A stretch of DNA of 64,000 nucleotides from the human T2T-CHM13v2.0 reference genome, Homo sapiens. The notes below the pieces were generated by a model, which was not told the DNA's origin, made no database searches, and saw only the letters and a list, made by a program, of their open reading frames with translations. Position numbers and translations under genes: made by a program. The stretch lies in the NCBI RefSeq assembly GCF_009914755.1, contig NC_060947.1; one strand, given 5' to 3'. Positions 45,373-58,600 of this stretch are shown piece by piece; position 1 is the first letter of the stretch; every line of letters starts with the position of its first letter.

Positions 45373-46389
45373 TTACATTTTGGCATGATTTTGCAGCGGC
45401 TGGTACTGGTTGTTCCTTTCCATGTTTAGCGCTTCCTTCAGGAGCTCTTTTAGGGCAGGTCTGGTGGTGACAAAATCTCTCAGCATTTGCTTGTCTGTAA
45501 AGTATTTTATTTCTCCTTCACTTATGAAGCTTAGCTTGGCTGGATATGAAATTCTGGGTTGAAAATTCTTTTCTTTAAGAATGTTGACTATTGGCCCCCA
45601 CTCTCTTCTGGCTTGTAGGGTTTCTGCCGAGAGATCCGCTGTTAGTCTGATGGGCTTCCCTTTGAGGGTAACCCGACCTTTCTCTCTGGCTGCCCTTAAC
45701 ATTTTTTCCTTCATTTCAACTTTGGTGAATCTGACAATTATGTGTCTTGGAGTTGCTCTTCTCGAGGAGTATCTTTGTGGCGTTCTCTGTACTTCCTGAA
45801 TCTGAACATTGGCCTGCCTTGCTAGATTGGGGAAGTTCTCCTGGATAATATCCTGCAGAGTGTTTTCCAACTTGGTTCCATTCTCCCCATCACTTTCAGG
45901 TACACCAGTCAGACGTAGATTTGGTCTTTTCACATAGTCCCATATTTCTTGGAGGCTTTGCTCATTTCTTTTTATTCTTTTTTCTCTAAACTTCCCTTCT
46001 CGTTTCATTTCATTCATTTCATCTTCCATTGCTGACACCCTTTCTTCCAGTTGATCGCATCGGCTCCTGAGTCTTCTGCATTCTTCACGTAGCTCTCGAG
46101 CCTTGGTTTTCAGCTCCATCACCTCCTTTAAGCACTTCTCTGTATTGTTTATTCTAGTTATACATTCTTCTAAATTTTTTTCAAAGTTTTCAACTTCTTT
46201 GCCTTTGGTTTGAATGTCCTCCCGTAGCTCAGGGTAATTTGATCGTCTGAAGCCTTCTTCTCTCAGCTCGTCAAAGTCATTCTCCATCCAGCTTTGTTCT
46301 GTTGCTGGTGAGGAGCTGCGTTCCTTTGGAGGAGGAGAGGCGCTCTGATTTTTAGAGCTTCCCGTTTTTCTGTTCTGTTTTTTCCCCAT
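45373..46389 (-). CDS. ORF1: LINE-1 ORF1p, intact 338 aa
   Basis: MGKKQNRKTG..QNHAKM, canonical length; REKG, ARR and YPAKLS motifs retained. Expression unknown. Confidence 0.93.
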   Translation of the reverse strand: MGKKQNRKTGSSKNQSASPPPKERSSSPATEQSWMENDFDELREEGFRRSNYPELREDIQTKGKEVENFEKNLEECITRINNTEKCLKEVMELKTKARELREECRRLRSRCDQLEERVSAMEDEMNEMKREGKFREKRIKRNEQSLQEIWDYVKRPNLRLTGVPESDGENGTKLENTLQDIIQENFPNLARQANVQIQEVQRTPQRYSSRRATPRHIIVRFTKVEMKEKMLRAAREKGRVTLKGKPIRLTADLSAETLQARREWGPIVNILKEKNFQPRISYPAKLSFISEGEIKYFTDKQMLRDFVTTRPALKELLKEALNMERNNQYQPLQNHAKM

Positions 46390-47282
46390 CTTTGTGGTTT
46401 TATCTACTTTTGGTCTTTGATGATGGTGATGTATAAATGGGTTTTTGGTGTGGATGTCCTTTCTGTTTGTTAGTTTTCCTTCTAACAGACAGGACCCTCA
46501 GCTGCAGATCTGTTGGAATACCCTGCCTTGTGAGGTGTCAGTGTGCCCCTGCTGGGGGGTGCCTCCCAGTTAGGCTGCTCCGGGGGTCAGGGGTCAGGGA
46601 CCCACTTGAAGAGGCAGTCTGCCGGTTCTCAGATCTTCAGCTGCGTGCTGGGAGAACCACTGCTCCCTTCAAAGCTGTCAGACAGGGACATTTAAGTCTG
46701 CAGAGGTTACTGCTGTCTTTTTGTTTGTCTGTGCCCTGCCCCCAGAGGTGGAGCCTACAGAGGCAGGCAGGCCTCCTTGAGCTGTGGTGGGCTCCACCCA
46801 GTTCGAGCTTCCAGGCTGCTTTGTTTACCTAAGCAAGCCTGGGCAATGGCGTGCGCCCCTCACCCAGCCTGGCTGCCACCTTGCAGTTTGATCTCAGACT
46901 GCTGTGCTAGCAATCAGCAAGACTCTGTGGGCGTAGGACCCTCCGAGCCAGGTGTGGGATATAGTCTGGTGGTGCGCCTTTTAAGCCCGTTGGAAAAGCG
47001 CAGTATTCGGGTGGGAGTGACCCGATTTTCCAGGTGCGTCCGTCACCCCTTTCTTTGACTCGGAAAGGGAACTCCCTGACCCCTTGCGCTTCCCAGGTGA
47101 GGCAATGCCTCGCCCTGCTTCGGCTCGCGCACCGTGTGCACACCCACTGGCCTGCGCCCACTGTCTGGCACTCCCTAGTGAGATGAACCCGGTACCTCAG
47201 ATGGAAATGCAGAAATCACCTGTCTTCTGCGTCGGTCATGCTGGGAGCTGTAGACCGGAGCTGTTCCTATTCGGCCATCTTC
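46390..47282 (-). promoter_or_regulatory. L1 5'UTR: internal sense promoter plus antisense promoter
   Basis: GC/CpG-enriched L1 5'UTR; YY1 core AAGATGGCC retained at the extreme 5' end. Confidence 0.85.
46846..47058 (+). CDS. ORF0: LINE-1 ORF0 (antisense ORF), open, 70 aa
   Basis: GCAATGG Kozak context; MACAPHPAWLPPCSLISDCCASNQQDSVGVGPSEPGVGYSLVVR..RFSRCVRHPFL matches ORF0, one codon shorter than the 71-aa form; donors CAG|GTGTGG (46951) and CAG|GTGCGT (47033). Confidence 0.8.
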   Translation: MACAPHPAWLPPCSLISDCCASNQQDSVGVGPSEPGVGYSLVVRLLSPLEKRSIRVGVTRFSRCVRHPFL

Positions 47283-48168
47283 AGATCCTCAATTTTTATG
47301 CTGACTACCCCACCTGCTATCCTTCTAACTTCCCCACACCAGGAGCTAGCTACCTCAGTCTCCACTGACCACCTGCTACACACCAGACTGAGTAGACATT
47401 CTAGGTCCTGGATTTATTGTGTTCGTTTATTGGTTGGTTTGTTGATTGGGCTTTTGGTTAACTATACTTAACAATGTTTTCCATTCTCCATCCTAATATG
47501 ATGATGTGCTATATTCAGAACTTCCTCAGACACATGTTCAGAACTGTCTACCTCAAAGACTTTTCCTATTTCATATCCCCTGTCTCCATGGTCTGTCTGG
47601 ACTCATGGTCACAGCTTTCCCCATCATACCACTGGCCAGGCTCCCATTCCTACGTGTTTTCAGACTTTTCTAATCCCTGCTTGGAGGCTAAGCCCTTGCT
47701 TCTGGGGTGGTTTCCCTGATGCACAAACACATTCACATTGAGGCTGAGCTCTTAGTGGGAAACAGGGACTGAGTCCCCTTACCGGGAGTTTCACGGGAAG
47801 ACTAACGACAGTGATGGTGAATACAGTGCTATCTTGGACACATCAGTAGTGATGCATTGGGTATGCACTAGTGTAGAGTGCTGGCCAGCATGCATTGTGA
47901 TTGTTCTGACTGGCTTATGTCCATGCCATGCAGATTGTTAAATATTGTAAATAGCATCGCTCCATAGGGTCTTCCTTCTCTTTTTCCCCCTTGTAATCTC
48001 AGATTGTGCCCCGCTCCATTCCATCAATGTAAAATAGCAAATGTATATCAATTTCATATTTTCACTCCTCTTTCTTCTCCATTAATAATTGAATGTTTCC
48101 ATGGGGCTCTTTGGATTTATTGCCCCCTCATGCCCTTTTAAGATTCGCGCATATTTCTAAGATCCCAG

Positions 48169-48790
48169 GTGTGGCAGGCAAAATCCTAAATATGTCTCTC
48201 TCCTACCACCCAGGATTCCCATTCCCTGGTTATTCTATCAAACACTAATCTAGGTTCTAGTGTGAAGGGACTTTGCAGATGTAATTAAGCTTACAAAACT
48301 TAAGATAGAAGCTAATCCAGGTAGACCCAATCTAATTACACAAGCTCTAAAATAGGAAATACTGCCTAGTTGAATTTAGTAGAGGTAGGAGAGGGAAGGG
48401 AAAAATGCAAGTCAGGAAAATTTGAGGCATGAGAAGGACTTAAGTAGCTATTGCTGGCTTTGAAGAAGGCCACAAACCAGTGAATGTGGGCAGCCTCTAG
48501 GAGCTGAGAACAATCCCCAGCCCACAGAAAGCAAGGATACAAGGACCTCAGTCCTACATTACAGAAATAAATTTGGCCAACAAACTGATTGAGTCTAGCA
48601 TTAGCATCTCCCAGAAGGAATGCAACCTGGCTATCCCCTTGATTCTGGCTTGTGAGACCCTAAGCAGTGGAACCATAAAAGCCACATTCTGCCCAGACTT
48701 CTAACTTACAGAACTGTGTGATAATAAATTTATGTCATTTTAATTCACTAAATTTGTGATAATTTGTAACAACAGCACTAGAAAACACAT
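48169..48790 (+). mobile_element. MaLR solo LTR (MLT1E-like)
   Basis: TGTGGCAGGC start; GTGAAGGGACTTTGCAGATGTAATTAAG; ACAGAACTGTGTGATAATAAATT; 3' CAGCACTAGAAAAC. Confidence 0.8.
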
Positions 48791-50375
48791 CAGGATAAAT
48801 ATTTCTGAATGTTCAGCACTATTTTATATTTATCATTATAGTTAAATAAATACTTTAAGTTTGTGGTAGTCTTCTCCATTAAATTAAGATCATCTATCTT
48901 TACATCTCGTCTTTTGCTTTTTTAGTCCTGTCCCCTTGCTCAAATCTTCATTTAATACCCACTTCTCCATACCAGAGTCAGCCCCATCCAGGCAAAAGTA
49001 TATCAGGTCTCTCCCATGCCCACCCTCAGGTCTAAGCAGGGTGCCACCTCCAGTCATGGTCAACAGAAAATTCACATTGCAAAGTTTCATATGTATTCTT
49101 ACTTCCAAGATTGTAATTCATTTAAAGGTGATAGAATCCCAGGCCAAAGTTTAATGCTCCATACTACTGTCCCTTCCTTATCTATGTCTTCTTCCCTGTC
49201 CCTTCTTCTTAAGTAGCTCTGCCATGTTATCTCTTGCTGTATCTCCACTGAACTCCATACTCACTTAAACATAGGCTAGAGAGTTATTATTCTTTGAAGA
49301 AGAATAGTATTAGAAATCTGGTTTTAGTCATCCATCACGGCTTTTTGTAAAACATCAGAAATATATGCTTTTACAAGCATAGGCAAATCTACTGTCATTC
49401 CCATCTCACTGGAAAGTTAATTTTCCTAAAATTTACTGTTGCGTGTTTATGGGGTGGTCTTATCTAAGAGAGGAAATTGAGGCAAGAAACCCAGAAGCAT
49501 CCCATTTTTTCATGTGTTATCACATTTGGGTTCAGTTTTCATCTCACTTAGGTTCATATTTTCTTGATATAGAGGATAATTTCATCAAATATGCAAACCT
49601 GCCTAGGGAGGGGTTAAATTGGTATGAACGCTGGGTTGATTGTACACATGCCAATCAATTAGCATTTCAAACAGTTATCAAAGCAGTTGAGGGAGATTTT
49701 TTTTAACATTTACTAGTATTAATACAAAGGCTTCAGAGACTATGGGAAGCTAATCTTCCCTGCAAAGTTATGGGGAAGAAATAAGAATGAATTTGTTTGG
49801 AATTTGGGGGTATATTTTCATTGTACAGTGGAATTTTCCCAGTGCAGGAGCTGTGAATTTCTGCAACCATACTGGAGAGTTCTAAGATGCTTCCTTTTCT
49901 GCTATGGTCATACGTCTACATACCTTTGCTTCCTAACATAAAACATCCTTAGAAACCTCTGTATAGACAAAAATGGCCCACTTACATGACTTCAGAAAAA
50001 AGGATGCTGGTAGTGCCAATCTTTTTATTGTGTTGGGGATAAAATGTTAAAGAGAAAAAAAGGTAGAAAGTATGGAGGATTTGCTGCCTCCTCCCCCTCC
50101 TCCCACAGGCTTTTAAATAGCTTTGGAAAATTTAGCCTGAGCCTCTCTCTGGTACTTAACATGCTTAGTTGCAGCATCCACATTAGGAACTAATCTTGGA
50201 CTTGCTGAGAATCCTTGAACTTTTTAATATCCTAGACCTCAATATACCTCCTAGCCTCACTAACACCATATCTTCCGATGTCCCTAAACCTTGGGGCATA
50301 CTAGGCCCTCTGACACTCCTGGAACTCAATGTTCCCTTGAAACCAGAATGGATATCTCTGGTACCTTTTTTTCAG

Positions 50376-50443
50376 GCATCAGAGAAGAAAGGTTATTCCT
50401 GAGTCCTGCAATGCCATCAGACCACATGCATAACATTTTACTC
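50376..50443 (+). other. Candidate exon (68 nt)
   Basis: Acceptor CCTTTTTTTCAG|G and donor CTC|GTAAGT; splice signals only. Confidence 0.3.
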
Positions 50444-51399
50444 GTAAGTAAGAGTTACAAATCAAAATGAGTTAGTTAACTAGTTATTGTTTTATATATA
50501 AATAATAAACAGAATGTGTATCATATACTTAGGCCTCTCAGTTATTCACATCTAAAGGCAGCTAAACAACTGCAGACATATACTGAAATAGGCATCATTG
50601 TTCATTAGAGGCAGCCCCCTGAAGTTCAAGCCTAGCATCTGGTGGAAATGAAGCCAACTCTGCAAGTGTTTAAACTTACAACCTCTGATCCTTTAAAGTG
50701 ATCCTGATTAACCACAGGTGTCTTCACCAGAGGCTCCATGACAGTCTTTGCCAAAATGTCTCAAGGTCCAAGACGACATAGGAGAACAAATAAGGGGTAG
50801 GAATAAAGTCTGGGTTCCCTCTAGTATTCTATATTGGAATTCTGTTTGACAAAACACAAGCCTAATGTCTACTCACAAAGAAGCACCTTTATTGCCTTGA
50901 ATAATTTGAAAACTCTTCCCATGTGTTTGGCTGCAAATCCCAACGTTGATTTCAAGTGGCTTCACAGGAAAAAACATAGACACTTGATTTACCTTGGGAT
51001 GAGATTCCATGAATAAGTTATTGGAAGTTGCAGGGGAAACTATGGAAAATCTCCCTATTTATTGCACCCCTTTTAATATAGTCAGAATTTCAGACAATGG
51101 TTTTAAATTTGCTTTATCATAGAAAAAGTCAATTTTTTGAATGTTTAAAGATATATTCCTTTTCATCTCATTTCACATTCTTGTCAACACATTTGGAACA
51201 GGAAAATAAAAACCTACTGGCTACTAAATTGGTTCAAGTTGTTCCATCTTTCCCTATCATAATATTCATTGCTCAGGAAATTTTCACCTTAAATGCAATG
51301 TTTAAGAAATAAACATTGTGTGTTCCTATGCTGTTTTGGCATCATTTTGTAGGTTTGGGTTTACAGTGCTAATAATCTAAAGAGTTTTCTTTCCTCCAG

Positions 51400-51519
51400 G
51401 ATGTGAGGCCCACGAATCAGGTGTGCTGCCATCAGTTGGACAGACTGTCTATGCTATGGTCTTGTGATCCAAACAGGAAGGATTCTGTCCCATTTACTCC
51501 AGCTTAAAGAATGGCCAAG
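51400..51519 (+). other. Candidate exon (120 nt)
   Basis: Branch-like GCTAAT, acceptor TTTTCTTTCCTCCAG|G, weaker donor AAG|GTAGCA; splice signals only. Confidence 0.3.
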
Positions 51520-52869
51520 GTAGCAAATTAGAACAGTGCAGCTGCTTGCCGCCTTTAGCCCTGGCCTGACCACTCCCTAGGAAGCCAGTTTTTATTCTGT
51601 GATACAGGCTAGAAAATATAAAAGGCTATCTGACCCAGACAGATTTGGTCTGTATCTCAAAGACTTCTTATCTCTGAGGTAATATGTCTGCCTTTGCTAT
51701 CCCTACTATTCCCTTGACATTGACTGCTGTTCTCTCTTTGAATTCTGTATTCTCATTCATTTTTCATTCAAGACCACAGACTCAGATTAAATCCTATACA
51801 TCATTTACAACCACTTCCTTTGCTTTGTGAATACTAGTTTTGAACCCTACAGTATTGATTACCTAGTCCTTTCAATTCAGAGGGACACGTCCATCATAGA
51901 TAACAACTATAGGGAATAACAGTGTACATTTGTATATGTTACACACAGACATTTAAGCTTTTATATACAAATAAAACTCTATTAAGAAAAATACAAATAA
52001 TTTCTAATTACAGCATAAGAAAATATTATACATAACCTATAGTAAGATTTTTAATACTAGTTAAAATGAGGTAGCCCTTGAGGAAGCAGTAGCTATTGTT
52101 GTTTAGTCTAATTCTAGTTGTTCACCTCATGCCTAAGTAAACAATGACTCTCTAATTCACCCTAAGTACTTTTAGAGTCAGAAATTCATAGGAATATATA
52201 TATGTATAAATGTCTGTAACTCCTGCATATGGTTCTAGCACTTCAAAGCCCTGGAAGAGCTTATCATAAAAAGCTCTTTCCAATAGCTTTTATTCAACTG
52301 TTAATATCCCCACTGGCAGGTCAGACCTATAGTAGCCAATTTACAACTCTTTTTTTAAAAGGCCCTATTTTCCGTTCCAAGCTTCTAGCCTCTAAATTAT
52401 CTTTCCTTGTTAGCAGAAAGAAAAGGAGCAGGGGGATGGAAATTATGGTCAGACCCTGCATGTTTCACAGCATGCTGTCAGTGACTTTTAGCTGAAATTA
52501 GCACACCGTTGGTTTCCTAACAGACTTAAAGTCTCTTCCAAACCCATTTAAGTTTTCTAGGCACCACATCCTGTTTCCTCTAACCAATTTAAAAAATATT
52601 TAAATGGAGTATAATATGGCTTTTAAACAGCAGGAAAACTATAAGCAGCTTTTCTACAGCTACATTTAGAGATCATATTAAAAAAATACACATGCAGAAA
52701 AATAATCTAAACCATTCTTTCTGATTCATTGATTATACTCAAGATAAAAATTATATCATAGATAAAAAGAGAAGCACTATAACATGCATATTCTCATGGG
52801 GTCATAAATGGGACTGGAATAGCAGGTAAATCCTGGGGTCTTGAACTCTAAACAGTATCTGAATCTATT

Positions 52870-53390
52870 CACCACCCTCTCCTTAAACAACCAGCTCTTC
52901 TTTAAAATGTATCTCCTTCTATGCTTTTTGTGACACTATACTGTCTTTTTCATCCAATCTCTTCGACCATATCTTTATATATACTTACATAGGCTATGCT
53001 TTTCTTTCTGCTTCAATCAAGGCTGAATTTTAGACCCACTACTTTTCTTACCCTATACTCTCTGCCTCAGGGACAGCAGCTAATGCCATAGTTTCCACCG
53101 TCACCTTATTGCAAATAATTAATTCCCTAAGTTGTACATTCAGTCTTGACCTTTCTCCAGAGCTTTAATCCCACATTCCCAGTCAAAGATAACCAGCGAA
53201 TCTGTCTGCCACTTCTAACTCAGTATGAGTGAAATCAAACTCCTATTTCTTCCTATAAATTAGCGCCCCTTCTAGCCATCTCCCTTGTCTATGAGTGACA
53301 CCAACATTCTCACAGGCAGGCTCAAAACTTTGGTACATTTTTTTACTCCATTCTTTTCTTCTTCCTCTGTAAGCTGTCAGTCATGAAATG
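52870..53390 (+). mobile_element. L2 LINE fragment
   Basis: Pyrimidine-rich decayed L2 text (CTTTCTCCAGAGCTTTAATCCCACATT; GGCTCAAAACTTTGG). Confidence 0.55.
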
Positions 53391-53959
53391 TTCAGATGAG
53401 ATTTCATTCATTCAGCAAATATTTATTGAGTGCCTAACATTTGTAAACCACTTGGCTAGACATTAGAAAACTAGTTGAGCTGTTTCCATTTTTTCCATGT
53501 ACAGTCATAATCTGCAGTTACCAATAATATAGTGGTCCAGGAACCCCCAAAGCCTTCCTGCTCGAAATATCAAAAGATGAGGAATTTCTTTAAAGATGGA
53601 ATTTTAAATGCTCAGCTGAACTCTCATGAAGGTAAAGAAAATCACCAGAGACAAAAAACGAAATGATACCTGAAAACCAGGGCAGTAAGCACACGACCTG
53701 ATATTAGAATAGCCTTGGGGATATCCGTTGATCTCCTTTAGCTAGAATCTTGTATTGGAATGCTCACACATGTAAACATGAAAAGGTCGTGGCTCAAGGC
53801 AAGAGTTTGGAAATGAGATCTCAGGATAAAACTAGAACTTCCTAAAAGACCATGCTTTCATTAAATGGGTACACAAGAAAAAAATCTGCATATAGGCACA
53901 GAAAGATGAAACATAATAGTTTACTTAAAAATAAAAAATTCTTACTAAATAGAAATAGA

Positions 53960-55680
53960 AGAAAACTTCAACCTGCTAAAGTATGTCTCCAAAATCTGAT
54001 AGAAAACATTACTTGTAGGCTAACATTAGAAGCATTCATTTTAAAGTTAGAAATAAGAAATGGATGTCTGCTATCTATGCTCCTATTAAATATTGTGCTG
54101 GAGAATCCTACCAGTGCAATAAGACAAGAAAATAAAAAAGTCTAAAGTTTGGAAAGGATGAAACAAAATGATTTATATTTGCATACCAGTATCTAAAATA
54201 CAAAAGAAGCTACAAACAAACTAATATAATTAATAAGCATTCATAAAAATATGACTATAAAATTTGTATGGAAAGGCAAAGTAACTAGAATACTGAATAC
54301 AATCTTTTAAAAAAATAAGAACAACGTTGGAGGCCTCATATATAAGACTTACTATACATCTACAGTAATAATGAAAGCACAGAATTTGAAGACAGTAAAG
54401 ACATACAGATTAACAGAAAAGAATCAAGAGTCCTGTGCTACAACAACCGAATACTCACATGTAAAATGATAAGCCTGGACCTCTACTTCATACCATACAG
54501 ATAAACAAACTCAAAATGGATCACAGGCCTAAATATAAAATTCAATATAAAAACTCAAATTATAAAATTCTTATGATAAAACATAGGAGTAAATGTTCAT
54601 GACGTTGGGTTGGGCAACAATTTCTTAGATATGGGAGATGCTGCACAAGCAATAAAATAACAAAATATCTAAGTAGAATTTCACCAAATTTTAAAACTTT
54701 TGATCTTCAAAGGATACAATCAAGAAAGCAATGTCTTCAAGAGAGTGGAAAGAATATCTGTAAACAATATCCGTGGTAAAGGACATATAATGAACTCTTA
54801 CAACTCAATAAGAAAATAACCCAATTAAAACTTGTAAAAGATTTAAATAGATATTTCTCTGAGGATATCTGAATGGCCAATAAACCCTTGAATATATGCT
54901 CAACATGATTAGTCATTAGGGAAACACAAATGAAAAATGAAATACCACCAGAATATCTGCCAACAAAAAGGCCAGACAACAGCAAGTGTTGGTGAGGATA
55001 TGGATAAATTATTACTCTCATACATTGCTGGTGGAAATGTAAAATGGGGCAGACACTTTGGAAAACAGTTTGGAAGTTACTAAAAAACTTAAACGTAGAG
55101 TTAATATATGACTCAGCTATTTCACTCACAGGTATGTAATCTACAAAAATGAAAACATATGTCCACACAAAAACATGTACATAAATGTTCCTAGCAGCAC
55201 CATTCACAATAGCCAAAATATTGAAACAATCTGAGTGCCTGTCACCTGATTAATGGATAAACAAAATGTGTTATGTCCATACAATAGAATATTGTTCTGC
55301 AATAAAAGAAAGAAGTACTGATATATGCTACAACATGACTGAACCTTGACAATATTATGCTAGGTGAAAAAAGCCAGACACAAAAGATCACATATTGTAT
55401 AATTCCAATTACATGAAATGTCCAGAATAAGCAAACCCATACAAACAGAATGCAGATTAGTAGTTGACTAGGGCTGGGGTGAGCAGTGAGCAGTGGGCAA
55501 CGAAATTGATTTACTGCCAATGGCCAACAGGTTTCTTGTGGGGGAAGTGGAAATGTTCTAAAATTAGATTGTGTTGATGGTTGCACAATTCTGTAAATAC
55601 AGTGAAAACCGTTAAATTCTTCACTTAAAATTGGTGCATCTTATGGTGTATAAATTACATCTCGATAAATGTCTTTAAGA
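53960..55680 (+). mobile_element. Old L1 ORF2 fragments and L1MB-type 3' end
   Basis: ORF 53852 LEAFILK..GCLLSMLLLNIVLE..AIRQE is RT-like; 3'UTR AGCCAGACACAAAAGATCACATATTGTAT..GATGGTTGCACAA is L1MB-type. Confidence 0.8.
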
Positions 55681-55688
55681 AAAATTTT

Positions 55689-58600
55689 TTCCAACGCAGC
55701 AGATTAGAAGCTTTTAGTATGCCTCTGCTCCTTGGAAATAGCAAGATAGCACATAAAGATAAATGCTATGAGCTTTAATTCAAGAAGGAAAAGAGGCATC
55801 CACCAGAATGGTACAGGACATCCCAGATCCCGGGGAGGAGAACACAAGCAAATAGCTCCGGTGAAGGCATCCAGCTGATAAAAGTGAATAAATCTTCAGT
55901 ACATAAGAGAGGCAGAGAGCCTCCCTCTGTGACTCACCTTTCCACTGGGGATCTGAGCAACCCAAGTGGAGAGAGAACACTTTGTTTCTCCCATCCCTGG
56001 AGCTAACTTGGGGAGAGGCTTGAAGACGCCGAGAGAGAAAGATACTGGGAAAAGCTTTAGGCATTTTCCCAGACTCAAGACCTAGAGCAGGATGCCATTT
56101 TTAATCTGGGAGCATAAAAATTCAGTCATTCTTTGGTGACCTAGCAGCGTGGTTCTGCAGGAATTTTAGTATCAGACCACAGACTAGAGCACTAACTCTG
56201 GAGTGCAGTAGGGGCCTCCACAACCAGAACTGTGGAAAGCACCTCAGCAATAGGTACTAGAATTGTGCTCTCCCTGGTTGCAGGCCTGATTGGGAAAAAG
56301 AGCTGCTATAGCTGTGATTTCTTCTAGGTAATGAGACACAGCTAGAGCCAGCTTGGCAACCTGGAATTGGTCTAAATGTGTCATCCTGGGTACCCCAGCC
56401 TGCTCCCCTGAGATTGTAGTACAGTGGGGTCCTCTCCACTCCACACTCATAGGCAGATCTCTAGTAATTCAGAGTAACCGCTGCCATGAACTAGTAGCCT
56501 GAACTGCCCCACCCTTCCTGCATAGGGATCCTGGTGAAGGAAGGCACTTCTCTATTTCATGCCCAAGCAGATATCCTGGCATTTAGAGCACCTACATGCA
56601 TGGATGACTAGCCTGAGCTGCCCACCATTTCTGTACAGAGATCGTGGTGCAGAAAGGCCTTTATGCTTCATGCACATGCAGATCTCCAGGCATTCAAAGC
56701 ACCCACTTGCACAGATCAGCAGTGTGAGCCATCCTACCCTTCCAGAGCAAAGACTGTGGTGAAGCAGAGCCCTCTTCGCTTCATACCCAGGAATATCTCC
56801 AGGCATTTGGAGCAACCCCCCACCAGGATCGGCAGCCTAAGTCACACCCTTCCTGGGGACAGGTCATGGTACAGTGGGGCCCTCTCTGCTCCTCAAGCAA
56901 GCAAATTTTCAGGCATTTGGAGCACCTGCTCACATAAACTGGCAGCCTGAGCTGCCCCACCTTTTCCATGCAGAGACTGTGGTAGAGTAGGGTCTTCTCC
57001 CCTCCACACCCAGGTAGATCTCCAGGCATTCAGAGCACCCACTCACCTGGATCAGCAGCTTGAATCGGCCCACCCTTCCTGTGAAGAGAATGTAGTAAAG
57101 TGGGGCCTTCTCTGTCCCATGCTCAGGCAGATCTCTAGGCAGTCAGAGCGCTAATTCACCTGAATTAACAACCTAAGCTGCCCTATCCTCCCTGTGCAGA
57201 GATTGTGGTGCAATGGAGCCCTCTGGACTCCACACCCAGGCATATCTCCAGGCATCTTGAGTACCCACTCTCCTGGATTAGGAGTTTAGGCTTCCCACCT
57301 CCCAGTTCAGGGAGCTTGGGGCTGAGGAGGTTTCCCAGCTTCATGCCTAAGTACCTCTTGGGACTTGGTGGCCAGTCACTGAATTCTCTGTCAGTGCTGG
57401 TGTTTGCATCTGCCTTTGGGGGACCTATAGGTGGGTCTGCCCAGTCTGCCCTCACTCATCTTGCCCTCTGCCCCCCGGGACTGAGCAGGGAGATCAGACC
57501 ACTGTGCACTCCATGGATCAGCCCATTGCCTGAGACAACACAGAGTTTATCCTGGTAAGCAAGTATCAAGTATATTCCCAGCCACATTGGCCACAGCCAG
57601 CTCTTGCCCATAAGAGCCATCTGCTGGCTTGTAGGTTGAACTGCAAAGTCTAATATAACAACCTGCTGAAAAAATGCATAGGGCTACAGAAGCAAAGCCA
57701 AAAGAAGCTACCCAGAATTCTCTAAAGTCACACCCCATAGGGAATGGGGGAAGGGAAAAGGAAAGAAAAAATGATAATATCATAGAGAAAGAAAAAGAAA
57801 AAATCCTACTTGCACAAAAGTAATTACAAAAATTAGAAGTGCCAGCATCTCTAGATGAGAAGGAACCCATGCAAGAAATACCAGCACCATGGAAAATCTG
57901 AATGTAGTGACACCACCAATGGATCACACTAGCTGTCTAGCATTCATCACTAACCAAACTGAAAACTCAGGAATAATAGGTAAAGAATCCAAAGCATGGA
58001 CTGTAGAGAAGCTCAGTGAGATCCAAAACAATGTTGAAAATAAACACCAAAAAAACTTCTAAGCAATCCAGGAAATGAAGGAAGAGATAGAAACATCTTA
58101 AAAAGAAATCAATCAGAGCTTCCAAAATAAAAAAAATCACTTCAGGAATTTCAAAACACAATTGAAACCTTTATCAGATTGGACCAAGCAGAAGATAGAA
58201 TTTCAGAGCTTGAAGATTGGTATTTTGGACTAACCCAGTCATAAAAAAAGTAGAGAAAAAATTAAGAAAAATGAACAAAGTCTTTAAGAAACACGGGGTT
58301 ATGTAAAGCAACCAAACCTATCAGCATTCCTAAGAGAGCAGGAGAAAAAGCAAACAACTTGGAAAGTATATTTGAGGGAATTATTCAAAATTTCTCTAAT
58401 ATCATTGGAGAGGCAGACATATAGATACAACTAATGTAGAGAACACCTGTGAGATACTTTACAAAATGAATAACACAAAGGCATATAGTCAACAGACTGC
58501 TCAAGGCCAATGCAAAATAAAAATTCTTAAAGGCACCTAGAGGAAAGGCCAGAATTCTACTGGATAAATTTAACAAAGAGACTGAAATAATTTAAAAGCA

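Noticed and set aside
53261-53279. CTCF-like motif (also 50631-50647)
   Set aside because: Only half of the core matches in each case; one lies in a decayed L2.
56385-57300. CRISPR array or repeat-protein gene
   Set aside because: Whole units are homologous (no unique spacers), the period varies 111-114 bp and breaks frame, and it lies in an L1 5'UTR.
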